Below, piece by piece: positions 46,635 through 57,297 of a stretch of DNA of 64,000 nucleotides. A program made the position numbers and the translations under genes. This stretch comes from a virus. The stretch covers positions 118,830 through 182,829 of IMG/VR virus record IMGVR_UViG_3300043392_000054; one strand, given 5' to 3'. Under the pieces are notes generated by a model. That model saw nothing but the letters and a program-made list of their open reading frames with translations, did not search any database and was not told the DNA's origin. The first letter of the stretch is position 1. Each line of letters begins with the position of its first letter.

Positions 46635-47276
46635 ATGGCAGCAATTAAGCAAGAAATTAACAGATTAGACCTTATTCCGGCTCTTTTAAATAGCCAATGT
46701 CCTGGAGGTAAAGGTGTAGAAATCGGAGTTTTTAAAGGACAGTTTACTAAACATATCTTAGACCGATGGGACGGTACATTATACCTAGTTGACCCATGGA
46801 GAGCATTAGATGAAGAAGAATATTTAGATTCCTCTAATCATGCTAATCACAATGATGCATATTCTCAAACAATGGAGAGAATCAAAGGCAATGAAGACCG
46901 AGCATTTATGATTAGAGCTCTTTCGAATCAAGCAGCAGACCTATTTCCAGATAATTCATTAGATTTTGTCTATATTGATGGCAATCATGCTTATGAATAT
47001 GTTAAAATGGACCTTGAAATGTGGTGGCCTAAATTAAAAGCAGGTGGTATTTTTGCTGGTCATGATTATTTACCAATAGATTGGTTTAAAGACCCTAATT
47101 TCGCTGAAAATGGCATTGATAAACATATTTGGCATTACCCAGAAGATAAGCCAGACCAATTATCATATTCAGGTGTATTTGGAGTAAATCCAGCTGTGGA
47201 TGAATTTGCTCAAAAGAATGGAATTACGTTTAAGGTGACTAATGAATATTATGGAACCTTTTTTGCAATCAAATAA
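46635..47276 (+). CDS. class I SAM-dependent methyltransferase (Methyltransf_24-like)
   Basis: VEIGVFKG, LVDPW, YIDGNHAYE, GGIFAGHDY. Confidence 0.85.
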   Translation: MAAIKQEINRLDLIPALLNSQCPGGKGVEIGVFKGQFTKHILDRWDGTLYLVDPWRALDEEEYLDSSNHANHNDAYSQTMERIKGNEDRAFMIRALSNQAADLFPDNSLDFVYIDGNHAYEYVKMDLEMWWPKLKAGGIFAGHDYLPIDWFKDPNFAENGIDKHIWHYPEDKPDQLSYSGVFGVNPAVDEFAQKNGITFKVTNEYYGTFFAIK

Positions 47277-47318
47277 TGAGTTAAGTGAAACCTTTATAAT
47301 GTGTTAAGTACAATTTTT

Positions 47319-47777
47319 ATGATAAAAATAATTTTATATTGGTATAATTTTTTTAAAGAGCTGTTTTATGTTTATAAATATCGTAAAGCTTCTCTGTCAA
47401 TTAAAACTGAATTAGAAAAAGAAGGCCTTAGAGTTGACCAATTAGGTAGAATTTATACTGTAATTAATTTACCTGAAGAAGTTTCAAGTCAAGCTGAATT
47501 AATGCAACAGTCTTATGTTTTGCAACAATTATCGCCAATTACTCAAATCTTAATGAAATATGGTATGGCTGATAGTTCTTTTCCTGAGCTTAGAAAGATT
47601 GAAAATAGCAATTCATATCTAATTATCTTATATCCAGAAATTGATTATATTGAATTATCAGTCTTTTTGGTTAATTTAGCCCTAACTACTGTAGTCGGAA
47701 CTGTAATTTATTACGCTATCAAATGGGTTCCTTTCGCTTGGTTATTAGCAACAGCCCAGGCTTATTTGCCTAAATAA
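47319..47777 (+). CDS. membrane protein
   Basis: C-terminal TM segments. Confidence 0.6.
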   Translation: MIKIILYWYNFFKELFYVYKYRKASLSIKTELEKEGLRVDQLGRIYTVINLPEEVSSQAELMQQSYVLQQLSPITQILMKYGMADSSFPELRKIENSNSYLIILYPEIDYIELSVFLVNLALTTVVGTVIYYAIKWVPFAWLLATAQAYLPK

Positions 47778-48514
47778 TGGAAGTTTCTGTCAATAGAATT
47801 GAAAAAAATGGCTTGAGATACTATCAAGTTAAAGAAGACGAAGCCATAGTTGGAGAATTTCCATCTGTGACCACTATTTTGGGTAATACAAAAGATATGT
47901 CAGGATTAGATAAATGGAGAGATAAAGTAGGTCATGAAGAGGCAGACCGAATCTCAAAGCTTTCTATGAATCGAGGTACTGTGATGCACCGACTTATTGA
48001 ATTGTATAAACCTTTGAGCGGTAGTAAAGAAGAGCGCTTAAGGATTATTACAGATTTATTAAAGACAGACCCAGAAATCAATGAATTTGACCAAGAATAT
48101 ATTGACCAGGGTTTTGAATTCTTTATGAAATTCTATAATAATTCTAGTCAGTTTTTTGACAGAGTTAAAGAGGTTTTAGCAGCTGAAAAGTTTTTATGGT
48201 CTATTAAAGGAGGTGGTTATGCTGGTACAGTTGATAATGTATCCGTGTTATTAGATGATACAGTTGCTATTATTGATTATAAAAATTCTAGGAAACCTAA
48301 AATGGAAGGTTGGATTCAAGATTATTTTATTCAAGCTTCTGCTTATGTCATAGCTTTTTGGGAAAGAACCGGAATCAGAGCAACTTCTGTAGAAATTTGG
48401 ATTGCAAATGAATTAGATGGTTGCCCTCAGATTTTTAAGTTAACAGAATCTGATATTAAAATCTATTTTAAGATGTTTCAGGAACGTTTATCGAAATTTA
48501 AATCAATTTCTTAA
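47777..48514 (+). CDS. PD-(D/E)XK exonuclease (Cas4/YqaJ-like)
   Basis: PSVTTIL, GTVMH, E..YAGTVD, IIDYKNS, QASAY. Confidence 0.85.
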   Translation: MEVSVNRIEKNGLRYYQVKEDEAIVGEFPSVTTILGNTKDMSGLDKWRDKVGHEEADRISKLSMNRGTVMHRLIELYKPLSGSKEERLRIITDLLKTDPEINEFDQEYIDQGFEFFMKFYNNSSQFFDRVKEVLAAEKFLWSIKGGGYAGTVDNVSVLLDDTVAIIDYKNSRKPKMEGWIQDYFIQASAYVIAFWERTGIRATSVEIWIANELDGCPQIFKLTESDIKIYFKMFQERLSKFKSIS

Positions 48515-48545
48515 AATATATACTATAATAAATAAATGTAATATT

Positions 48546-50187
48546 ATGCAAAAATTAAACGAATTCTTAGCTCAACATGGTCTTAAAGTTATTATTGTTT
48601 TATTAGCTTTAACTTATGCTAAATCTTGTAGTGTTGATTCTGAATTAACAAAAGTTAAAAAGCACTTAGCCGTAATTGATTCTTTACCGACTAGAAGTGA
48701 TTTAAAGGTCGAAGGTTTAAAGGCTGAAAAAAGAATGATTCAAGCTACTGACAGAAAAATGTTAGATGTACAACGTCAAACTCAAATTGACGAAGAATTA
48801 AAAAAATTGGACAAATAAAATGCCAATTGAAAGGAAATCACATGGTTTTGGGGACACTATAGCTAAATTTACAGCTGCAACCAATATAGATAAAGTGGTA
48901 AAGGTTGTAGCTAATTTAGCTGGTTATAATGACTGCGGGTGTAATGAAAGAAGAGAAGCTCTAAATAAAGCATTTCCTTATAAAAATAATCAAATTAATA
49001 ATGAACAAAACAAATCTAGTCAATAATTTTGTTATTGGCACTTTTGTAATGCTATATTTAATCGTGTCTATTATTTCAACAGTACACGTAATTAACTTTT
49101 TTAGCCTATCTAATCCATATTGGTTAGCAGTTTCTCTTGCAATCGCGTTTGAGGTTGGTGCAGCCGCATCTTTAGCCTCTTTAATTGCATTAGATAAAAT
49201 GAACAAAGGTCTTGTATGGGCTCTTTTTATTACAATTACCTTAATGCAAATGCAAGGTAATATGTATTACGCATTTACTAATCTACAAGATTATAAATCT
49301 TGGTCAGAATTATTTAATCTAATAGAAGAGGACCAATTATATCAAAGAAGAGTGCTTTCATTTGTTTCGGGTGCTATTTTACCTCTTGTTGCTTTAGGTT
49401 TTATTAAATCCTTAGTGGATTATATCAAGCCTGAGAAAGTTGAAGAGTCTGAAAAAAAAACTAAAGTCGGTAGTCTAGAAGGACCTATCGGAACTAATGG
49501 ACCTGACGATTCTACGTTGCAACCAGTTTTAGCAGTAGACCCAACACCTGGTCAAGCTTCAATTGAAGAACCTGTGGATTCCACAATAGGGTTTGATATT
49601 GAAACAAAGGACGATAAAAGGGATATTATTAAAACAGAAGATGACCTAAATCATTTTTTAGATAATTCTGGCCAAGGATTAGTAAATTCAAAACCTAGAC
49701 CTAGAGTTATAGGAGATGATAATAGACCAACTGGATTTCAACACCCTGACGTAATTAGCTAATGCTAAAAAGACTACATTTTAATTTAGTAAAACCTTAT
49801 ATCAATAAATCATTAGATATTGATTCAATGCAACAGGTTCTGGATAAACCAGACTCTGTTGCTTATTGTTTGTATTGTATCAAAAATGATGTCAAAGAGA
49901 TAATGAAGTTTGCTGAATTAAATGACCCAGAATGGGACTTGATGGCTCATGTTAGAGTTAGATACGCTTTAGTAGGTGCAGCAAAAAGACAAGCTTGGGA
50001 AGTAAAACCCTTTTCAAAATTAATAAAGGTTAAACCTGAATACAATTTTATTTGCATACTTGATTCCTTAAAAGAGGGCAAAATGATGTATTATAAGAGA
50101 TTCAAGACTACTAACCCAGATATTATCTATAAATTAGTTCAAGAGGCTTATCAAGATTTACAATTAATTACTGGCTACTTTGAATAA
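48546..50187 (+). CDS. four hypothetical proteins (48546-48818, 48820-49026, 49001-49762 multi-TM, 49762-50187)
   Basis: abutting ORFs; TM helices in first and third. Confidence 0.65.
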
Positions 50188-50238
50188 ACAAATCTAAATT
50201 AATTAGTATAAATACTTTATCACTAACTTATTTATATA

Positions 50239-52155
50239 ATGATTGGAATTTGGATTGACACACCAGCCTTAGGCGATACTATTGCTGCAATTCCTACTTG
50301 TAAAAAAATTTCAGAAGCATACGGCCAATCGGTCCATATTATAGCAAATCATGCCTATTTATTTGAAGGTATTGAATACGTTGCAAGCACTTCTAAACCA
50401 GACCATACTAATTTCAATAACTTTGATAAAGTTCATAGACTTTTTGGACCTTTAGTCGGTAAAGGATATGAATTACAAGGTGGAGAAAGGGTCGAGTGGA
50501 GATATTCAAATATGGACATTCGTCAATTTCATGCAGTTTCACAAGGATTTACACTTTTAGAATCTGAAATGGAAACCTCTTTACATATTGAAAGAGAGCG
50601 AGAATTGATATTCGAGAATCAAATTCTTAAGGACTATGTAATTATACATCCAACTACAACTTGGGCCACTAGAACATGGGATACTGAAAAATGGCAAGAG
50701 CTATGTGATAAATTAGCTTTTGCTAATATTCCAGTTGTAGCAGTTGGTAGAAGCGGTAAAGAACAAGGATTCTATAATGTAGATAAACCTGTGATGGATA
50801 TTAATATTCGTTTAGGTGTTAATCTATTAGATGACCCAGATAATGATGTTGCAGAATTAAGATGGATGATGAATCATCGAGCTCGCTGCGTAGTGACAAT
50901 GGATTCAGGTATTTTACACGTTGCAGGAACCACTGATGTTAATATTATTCAATTAGGTAGTTCAATTGACTATAAATTACGAGCACCCTATAGAAATGGT
51001 TCACAAGATTATAAATTTCAGTATATTGGTGGTTCTTGTAATTTAGCTTGTTCAAGTAATATGAAATACAATGTCCAGATTCATGGAAATATACATGGTG
51101 TACCTCCACAAGTTTATTGTTTAGAAAATAAGCCAACATTTGAATGTCATCCTGACGTAAATAAGGTGTTCGAGGGCGTAAAGTCATTATATAAGCATAA
51201 TGAAATCAGGTATGATATAGACCCTAAAAGAATCTGTGTAACTACAATCTATAATGATAATTATCAAAACATGGCAAATATTACAGCTTTTGATAATTTT
51301 GAAAAGTATTGTAAAATCCATGGCTACTCTTTAGAAGTTATTAAAGTAGAGGATGATAAAATAGAAAGAACACCACACTGGGAAAAAGTTAAGGTTGTAA
51401 AATCTTTATTACAAAGTGGTAAATACGATTGGGTTTTCTTTATAGACTTGGATTGTCTATTTATGAATACCACTATCAAATTGGAATCATTTATTAGTGA
51501 TGAACATTTTATGGTCATTACGGGCCATGATGACATTCCAGATACTCCTATTTTAAATCAACATGGCACAAAGTCTATTATGACTGCGCAGTTCTTAATT
51601 AAAAACTGTGAAGAATCTATTAAATTTCTTGATGATGTTTGGGCTGCTGAAGAAACTCAAGATAAAATCAAAGTGTTTGATTATGAAATGCGTCAATTTA
51701 GATATTCAGCAGATAAATCTGAATTTAAGCAAGGCATTAAAATCATAGACGGTAAAAACTTTAATAGATTTTGGTACAGCAATAGTATTTTTATGATTCA
51801 TCATTTTCCAAAGACAAACGATGATGTATGGCAATACGGAGATTTTATAGTTCATGTCCCTGCTGGAGCAGCTGAACAAAGATTAGCACATTTAAGTGAC
51901 CTAAACTATTTTTCAGGTGGAGCAATGATTGGGCATAGAATTGAAGAGGATGTAGTTTTATTTGAACCTCTATCTGATATTCAAAACTTTAAGATGGTTA
52001 TTATAGATGCAGAAGGTTCAAGAACTAATTACCATTTTGATGAATTAAAGGTTCGAACTGTTGGTAAACTTTGGATGAATGCAGATATAAAGAAACCAAT
52101 TAGAGTTGAAGGTTATAATAAAGAACAAGAATTAATATCAATACAAGTTTTATAA
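50239..52155 (+). CDS. two-domain glycosyltransferase (GT9-like plus GT34-like)
   Basis: ALGDTIA, VTMDSGILHVAG; second domain WEKV..WVFFIDLDCLFMN. Confidence 0.8.
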   Translation: MIGIWIDTPALGDTIAAIPTCKKISEAYGQSVHIIANHAYLFEGIEYVASTSKPDHTNFNNFDKVHRLFGPLVGKGYELQGGERVEWRYSNMDIRQFHAVSQGFTLLESEMETSLHIERERELIFENQILKDYVIIHPTTTWATRTWDTEKWQELCDKLAFANIPVVAVGRSGKEQGFYNVDKPVMDINIRLGVNLLDDPDNDVAELRWMMNHRARCVVTMDSGILHVAGTTDVNIIQLGSSIDYKLRAPYRNGSQDYKFQYIGGSCNLACSSNMKYNVQIHGNIHGVPPQVYCLENKPTFECHPDVNKVFEGVKSLYKHNEIRYDIDPKRICVTTIYNDNYQNMANITAFDNFEKYCKIHGYSLEVIKVEDDKIERTPHWEKVKVVKSLLQSGKYDWVFFIDLDCLFMNTTIKLESFISDEHFMVITGHDDIPDTPILNQHGTKSIMTAQFLIKNCEESIKFLDDVWAAEETQDKIKVFDYEMRQFRYSADKSEFKQGIKIIDGKNFNRFWYSNSIFMIHHFPKTNDDVWQYGDFIVHVPAGAAEQRLAHLSDLNYFSGGAMIGHRIEEDVVLFEPLSDIQNFKMVIIDAEGSRTNYHFDELKVRTVGKLWMNADIKKPIRVEGYNKEQELISIQVL

Positions 52156-55100
52156 TGAGAGCATTTATTTCACATACAACTGAAAATTACGAACATGTTG
52201 TACTTAATTTAGCTAAAAGTATTAATAGGTACTCAGTACATCCATTAATAGTTTATACAATTGACTATGATGCTAGTGATGCATTAAAAGATTTGGCCAT
52301 TTGTAAAAGATTAGACCTTAATTTACCCATTTCAAATACTGATGATTTTGTAGAGTTTGAAGGAAACCAATATGTAAATAGAGGTACATATAGAACTTAT
52401 ATGACCCTTTCTGCAAAAATCGATTGCATGTTAGATGCAACTGAAATGGGTATTAAAGAATGGGTTTATCTGGATGCAGATTGCATTGCTAATACAAACG
52501 TAGATGACATGTTTGAATATGCAAAGCAAGTTAAAGACTACCCTTTAGCCTCTCTGGGACCTCAGGAATACGCCCTATTAATAGAAGGTGATGAATTAAT
52601 AGGAAATCCTTTCTGGAAAGAAGATGGTTCTACAGATAATACAAACTGTCTGGAATGGAAGCTAATGGATTTCTTTGGAATGAAACCTGAAGACCGGTCT
52701 ACTAATTATAGAACTACAAATATTTTAGTTGGAACTAATAAAGTAGGAGCTTTCTTAAAATTATGGAAAGAGGCTAAGAATGTATTTCCAAAGTTATTTG
52801 ATACCTATAAAGCTATGCCATATCATGAAGAAACATTATACAATGTTTTAGTTTGGCAAAGAGATGACCAGTATTTACCAATGGTTTATATCAATATCCA
52901 AGGTGTAGAAACTGTTGAAGATTTTTTAGCTAATGAAGTAGAAGAGGATACATTAAAAGGTGCATTTTATAAGTTTCCGGCTGATAAAAATCAGATTAAA
53001 GTTTTTCATGGAGAAAAAAGAGCTGAAGAAATAGAAAAGGTATTTAGATTATTAGGTGAAAAGAAAGAAGCATTAAAGATTTTATTTTTAGCACCACATC
53101 TTTCAACTGGTGGTATGCCAGCATTTCTATTAAGAAGAATTCAAATGCTAAAGAAGTGGACTAAGCATGAAATCTTTGTAGCAGAATGGACTCTTTATTC
53201 AGGTGCTTATGTTGTTCAGCGCAATCAAATTCTTGATATAATTCCAGAAGACCACTTTATTTCATTAGGTTTTTTAGGAGAGGATGAAGAAACTCATTTA
53301 AGAGGTAGAAGCAGAATCGTTAATATCTGTTATCAATGGGGTATTGATGTAATTCATATTGATGAAATTCCAGAGGGTTTTGATGGATTCTCGGTCTTTC
53401 CAATAGAATTACAAAGAGAATTATACAATGAAAGACATCCATGGAAAATAGTTGAAACTTGTCATAATGTTTGGTTTAAACCAAATGAAATGAAACGAGC
53501 TGAACCAGATGCATACGCTACTATTGTTCATGAACATATTAATAATACCTTTAAGGGTCGTGGTGTAAAAACTGAATTGATTCAATTTCCAATTGATAGA
53601 CCAAATGATAATGTCTTACCAAATAGAGAAGAAATCCTATCTGAAATGGGATTTAGAACTAGTGGAGAATACCATATTGTAAATATTGGTCTATGGACTC
53701 CTGGTAAAAATCAAACTTATGCTTTACAAATAGCTAAGCATCTATATGATTATTATGGTCAAACTTACCAGTTTCATTTTATTGGTAACCAAGCCCCTAA
53801 TTTTGAACAGTATTGGAGACCTTTAATGGAAGATGTTCCACCAAATTGTCATATTCATGGTGAAAGAGATGATAGCTGGAGATTTTTATTAATGGCAGAC
53901 CTAATGTTATTTACATCGACATGGGAGTGTAACCCTATTGTTTTAGCCGAAGCACATGGTTATGGATGCAAAACAATGGCCTTTAATTTACCACAATATG
54001 GAGACCGTTGGACTGATAAAATCACAACACTATCAGGTACTATTCACAAAGATGCAAATGAATTAGTAAATCAATGTGCAATTAAAAAGGAGACCAAGTT
54101 ACCAAATGGTATCGATGGACATAGATTTGCAATGCAACATGATAAATTATACACAGAATTAGCAAAAACATCACCATATAGAAGACCAACTACATTAATG
54201 TTAAATGACAGATATAGTATAGAATTTAATAATGTTCTTAAATTCGTGAATAAACATGAAACACCATGTAATGTTGAATTTTGGGACCAAGATTCAGGTA
54301 AATTAATTCACTTTCATAATGGTTTAGGCTCTAATTATTGGTGCTCACCATCTCCACAATATTTTGTAAATTGGAAAGTTGTAATGCATTGGGAAGACAG
54401 GTCTATTGAATGGGTAATGGACCTAAAAGATAAGACAGTTTATGTTGAAATAGGCAGTTCAAGTCTTGGAGATAGTTTAGCCTTTGTAGAAGTTGTTAGA
54501 GCTTGGGTTAAACAAAATGGGATTAAGAAGTGCTATTTAATGACCTATAAAAACTTCTTATTTGATTGGGATGATTATGCTAAAGACAATGTTTTTCCAT
54601 CTCATCCAGGTACAGCTTACCCAGAATTTGATTATAGATTTTATTTAGGTGTGCACATGGGAACTGAATCAAATGGAGAACCTGCATGGTACCCAAATAA
54701 AAATAAAAGAGATTGGAGAGCTATTTATTTAGGAGATGTAGCAGCTGATGGTTTAGGTTATAAAGGTAATGCTGAATTAAGACCAAGATTAGCTTTTAAA
54801 GAGGCAGAAAGACCAATTGAAAACAAATATATTGTAATTGCTACTCAATCCACAGCTCAGTCAAAGTATTGGAATAATCCAACAGGTTGGCAAGAATTAG
54901 TAGATTGGCATTTACAAAACGGTTATGAAGTATATTTAGCTTCCAAGGAACATGATGGTTATATGGGCAACTGGTATCCTAAAGGAGTTAAGCAATTACC
55001 AGAACCTTTAGAAGAGGTTGCAAATTGGATGCGACACGCTGAATATTTTATTGGCATCTCAAGTGGTTTAAGTTGGTTAGCTTGGGCTTTAGATATACCA

Positions 55101-55328
55101 GTAGTTATGATTTCAGGCTTTACACCAGAAGTATGCGAGTTTACTGATAAGACCCTAAGAATTATAGATAAGTCAGTATGTAATTCATGTTGGGAATGGG
55201 GTCATTTTGATAAAGGTGACTGGCATTGGTGTCCAGCTCATAAAGGAACGGAAAGAGTTTATGAATGTAGTAAAGTAATTACTGCACAAAGAGTAATAGA
55301 ACAAATTAAAAATTGGAATAAAAAATAA
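52155..55328 (+). CDS. multidomain glycosyltransferase with Aah/TibC-like heptosyltransferase C-terminus
   Basis: WVYLDAD; APHLSTGGMP GT4-like domain; SSSLGDSLA, STAQSKYWN, GISSGLSWLAW, VVMISGFT, C..CW..C..C cluster. Confidence 0.8.
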   Translation: MRAFISHTTENYEHVVLNLAKSINRYSVHPLIVYTIDYDASDALKDLAICKRLDLNLPISNTDDFVEFEGNQYVNRGTYRTYMTLSAKIDCMLDATEMGIKEWVYLDADCIANTNVDDMFEYAKQVKDYPLASLGPQEYALLIEGDELIGNPFWKEDGSTDNTNCLEWKLMDFFGMKPEDRSTNYRTTNILVGTNKVGAFLKLWKEAKNVFPKLFDTYKAMPYHEETLYNVLVWQRDDQYLPMVYINIQGVETVEDFLANEVEEDTLKGAFYKFPADKNQIKVFHGEKRAEEIEKVFRLLGEKKEALKILFLAPHLSTGGMPAFLLRRIQMLKKWTKHEIFVAEWTLYSGAYVVQRNQILDIIPEDHFISLGFLGEDEETHLRGRSRIVNICYQWGIDVIHIDEIPEGFDGFSVFPIELQRELYNERHPWKIVETCHNVWFKPNEMKRAEPDAYATIVHEHINNTFKGRGVKTELIQFPIDRPNDNVLPNREEILSEMGFRTSGEYHIVNIGLWTPGKNQTYALQIAKHLYDYYGQTYQFHFIGNQAPNFEQYWRPLMEDVPPNCHIHGERDDSWRFLLMADLMLFTSTWECNPIVLAEAHGYGCKTMAFNLPQYGDRWTDKITTLSGTIHKDANELVNQCAIKKETKLPNGIDGHRFAMQHDKLYTELAKTSPYRRPTTLMLNDRYSIEFNNVLKFVNKHETPCNVEFWDQDSGKLIHFHNGLGSNYWCSPSPQYFVNWKVVMHWEDRSIEWVMDLKDKTVYVEIGSSSLGDSLAFVEVVRAWVKQNGIKKCYLMTYKNFLFDWDDYAKDNVFPSHPGTAYPEFDYRFYLGVHMGTESNGEPAWYPNKNKRDWRAIYLGDVAADGLGYKGNAELRPRLAFKEAERPIENKYIVIATQSTAQSKYWNNPTGWQELVDWHLQNGYEVYLASKEHDGYMGNWYPKGVKQLPEPLEEVANWMRHAEYFIGISSGLSWLAWALDIPVVMISGFTPEVCEFTDKTLRIIDKSVCNSCWEWGHFDKGDWHWCPAHKGTERVYECSKVITAQRVIEQIKNWNKK

Positions 55329-55334
55329 TTAATT

Positions 55335-55733
55335 ATGAAAATCGAAGTATCTAACGGAGAAATCCTTGACAAACACACAATTTTAAAGATTAAATTAGAA
55401 AAAATTCAAGACCCAACTAAAAGAGTTAATATTCAAAAAGAATGGGATACTTTAACCCCATGTGTTGACAGAATCATGTCAGATTCAGAAAACGAGGCCG
55501 CGGTTTCACAAGCATACCAAGATTTATTAGAAGTAAATCGTACTCTTTGGAAAATAGAGGATGAAATTAGAGATTGTGAGAGAGCGCAAGATTTTGGTAG
55601 TGAATTTATTAGATTAGCAAGAGCAGTTTATTACACTAACGATGATAGAAATTTAGTAAAGAAGAAGATAGATAGTTTAAGTGGTTCAACCTTAACTGAA
55701 GAAAAGTCTTACCAAGACTATAAAAACAAATAA
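55335..55733 (+). CDS. DUF6165-like protein
   Basis: VSNGEILDK..IL.IK, LW.IED.IR, F...AR.VY..ND.R. Confidence 0.65.
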   Translation: MKIEVSNGEILDKHTILKIKLEKIQDPTKRVNIQKEWDTLTPCVDRIMSDSENEAAVSQAYQDLLEVNRTLWKIEDEIRDCERAQDFGSEFIRLARAVYYTNDDRNLVKKKIDSLSGSTLTEEKSYQDYKNK

Positions 55734-55737
55734 GACA

Positions 55738-56055
55738 ATGAAAAGCAAACTTGAAAAATTTGCAGATTTGTTTAAGAGTATTACTTTTGATATTTGTATT
55801 AAGGAATCTTCTATCATCGATGAAGAATTAGAAGAAACTGGTAAAAAACATCAACAGAGTCCTGAAACAAATGAAAAGGCTAAAGTTGAATTAAGCAAAG
55901 CTCTTCAGCGTGCTAAAAGTGATTTAGCATCTGCTAAAAAATTATTTAAGCAAGGTAAATTAAGTAACGATGACTTACTTGAATATGAATGGAGAGTTTA
56001 CGAACTAAAAGAACAATTAGACCAAATAGATAACGAAGATGAAGAAATACGTTAA
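55738..56055 (+). CDS. hypothetical protein
   Basis: 105-aa ORF. Confidence 0.65.
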   Translation: MKSKLEKFADLFKSITFDICIKESSIIDEELEETGKKHQQSPETNEKAKVELSKALQRAKSDLASAKKLFKQGKLSNDDLLEYEWRVYELKEQLDQIDNEDEEIR

Positions 56056-56755
56056 ATTATACGAAGAATTTATAGAAGAAGGCATTAATGACCCTAATAT
56101 CTTAAAAGCTTTCTTTATGGCCGGTGGCCCAGGTTCAGGTAAATCATACGTAGCTGCAGAGTTATTTAATATTCCTAAAGAAACTACTCAATCCGTTTCT
56201 TATAGAACAGGTTTAAAAACTGTCAATTCAGACCCAGCTTTTGAATTAGAATTAAAGAAAATGGGAGTTGACCCTAAAACATTAGGAGAAATGGACCCAG
56301 AAGAATTTGATAAACTAACTAAAGGTGAAGATTCTCCAAGAGCTAAGGCTAAAAAAATTACAATGGCTAAACAAGAATTATACATTAATAATTTATTAGG
56401 TATGATTATTGATGGTACAGGTGATGACTTTAGAAAAATTGCAGATAAGAAAAAATCTTTAGAAGCTCATGGTTATGATTGCTTTATGGTTTTTGTCAAT
56501 ACTTCTTTAGAAGTTGCATTAGCAAGAAATGCTAAAAGAAGCAGGTCTTTACCAGAAGAATTAGTTAAAGAGAGCTGGCATGCTGTTCAAAATAATTTAG
56601 GTAAATTTCAGAACTTATTTGGTTCTACAAATATGATTATCGTCGATAATACAGTTGATATGGCAGTTGATTTTGAAATGATTGAAAAATCTATTCAAAA
56701 AATGCTAAATAAGCCTATTCAAAATCCAATTGGAAAAAAAATCTTAAAAAAATAG
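56039..56755 (+). CDS. P-loop kinase (zeta-toxin/AAA_33-like) with CTS-like tag
   Basis: MKKYVKLYEEFIEE; AGGPGSGKS, NSD..FE, IIDGTG, ALARN..R.R. Confidence 0.75.
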   Translation: MKKYVKLYEEFIEEGINDPNILKAFFMAGGPGSGKSYVAAELFNIPKETTQSVSYRTGLKTVNSDPAFELELKKMGVDPKTLGEMDPEEFDKLTKGEDSPRAKAKKITMAKQELYINNLLGMIIDGTGDDFRKIADKKKSLEAHGYDCFMVFVNTSLEVALARNAKRSRSLPEELVKESWHAVQNNLGKFQNLFGSTNMIIVDNTVDMAVDFEMIEKSIQKMLNKPIQNPIGKKILKK

Positions 56756-56816
56756 TCAATATATTTTTTTATATCAAAGTTTTTAGTTATATTTGTATAT
56801 AATTAAAGAATACAAC

Positions 56817-57275
56817 ATGCAAAAACAAATATTATACATCGATTTAGACGGAGTTGTAGTTGACTTAGAAGGAAATGCAATCAAAAGACACGGAGCAGAC
56901 GCAGTAAATCATTTGGGCAAATTAACATCAATAGATAAACATCTTTTTGATACACCAGAACCAGTTTCAGGCGCTATAGAAGCAGTTACTTTATTAATGA
57001 AAGAATATGACGTATTCTTTTTAAGCACTGCACCATGGAGTAATGTTAATGCTTGGTCTGCTAAAAGAGTTTGGGTTCAAAAACATTTTGGTAAATTAGG
57101 TCATAAAAGACTTATTCTTTCTCACAGAAAAGACCTATTAATGGGAGATTATCTTATTGATGACCGACCAAATAATGGAGCTGCAGAATTTAAAGGACAA
57201 TGGCTTCAATTTGGTAAAGAAGGCTTTGAGAACTGGGATAAGGTTTTAAATTACCTAATTAAAAGTGATATATAA
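56817..57275 (+). CDS. 5'(3')-deoxyribonucleotidase (NT5C, HAD)
   Basis: YIDLDGVVVD, LSTAPW, K..WV, GDYLIDDR. Confidence 0.9.
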   Translation: MQKQILYIDLDGVVVDLEGNAIKRHGADAVNHLGKLTSIDKHLFDTPEPVSGAIEAVTLLMKEYDVFFLSTAPWSNVNAWSAKRVWVQKHFGKLGHKRLILSHRKDLLMGDYLIDDRPNNGAAEFKGQWLQFGKEGFENWDKVLNYLIKSDI

Positions 57276-57297
57276 TCCATAAAATATTATTTGGAAA

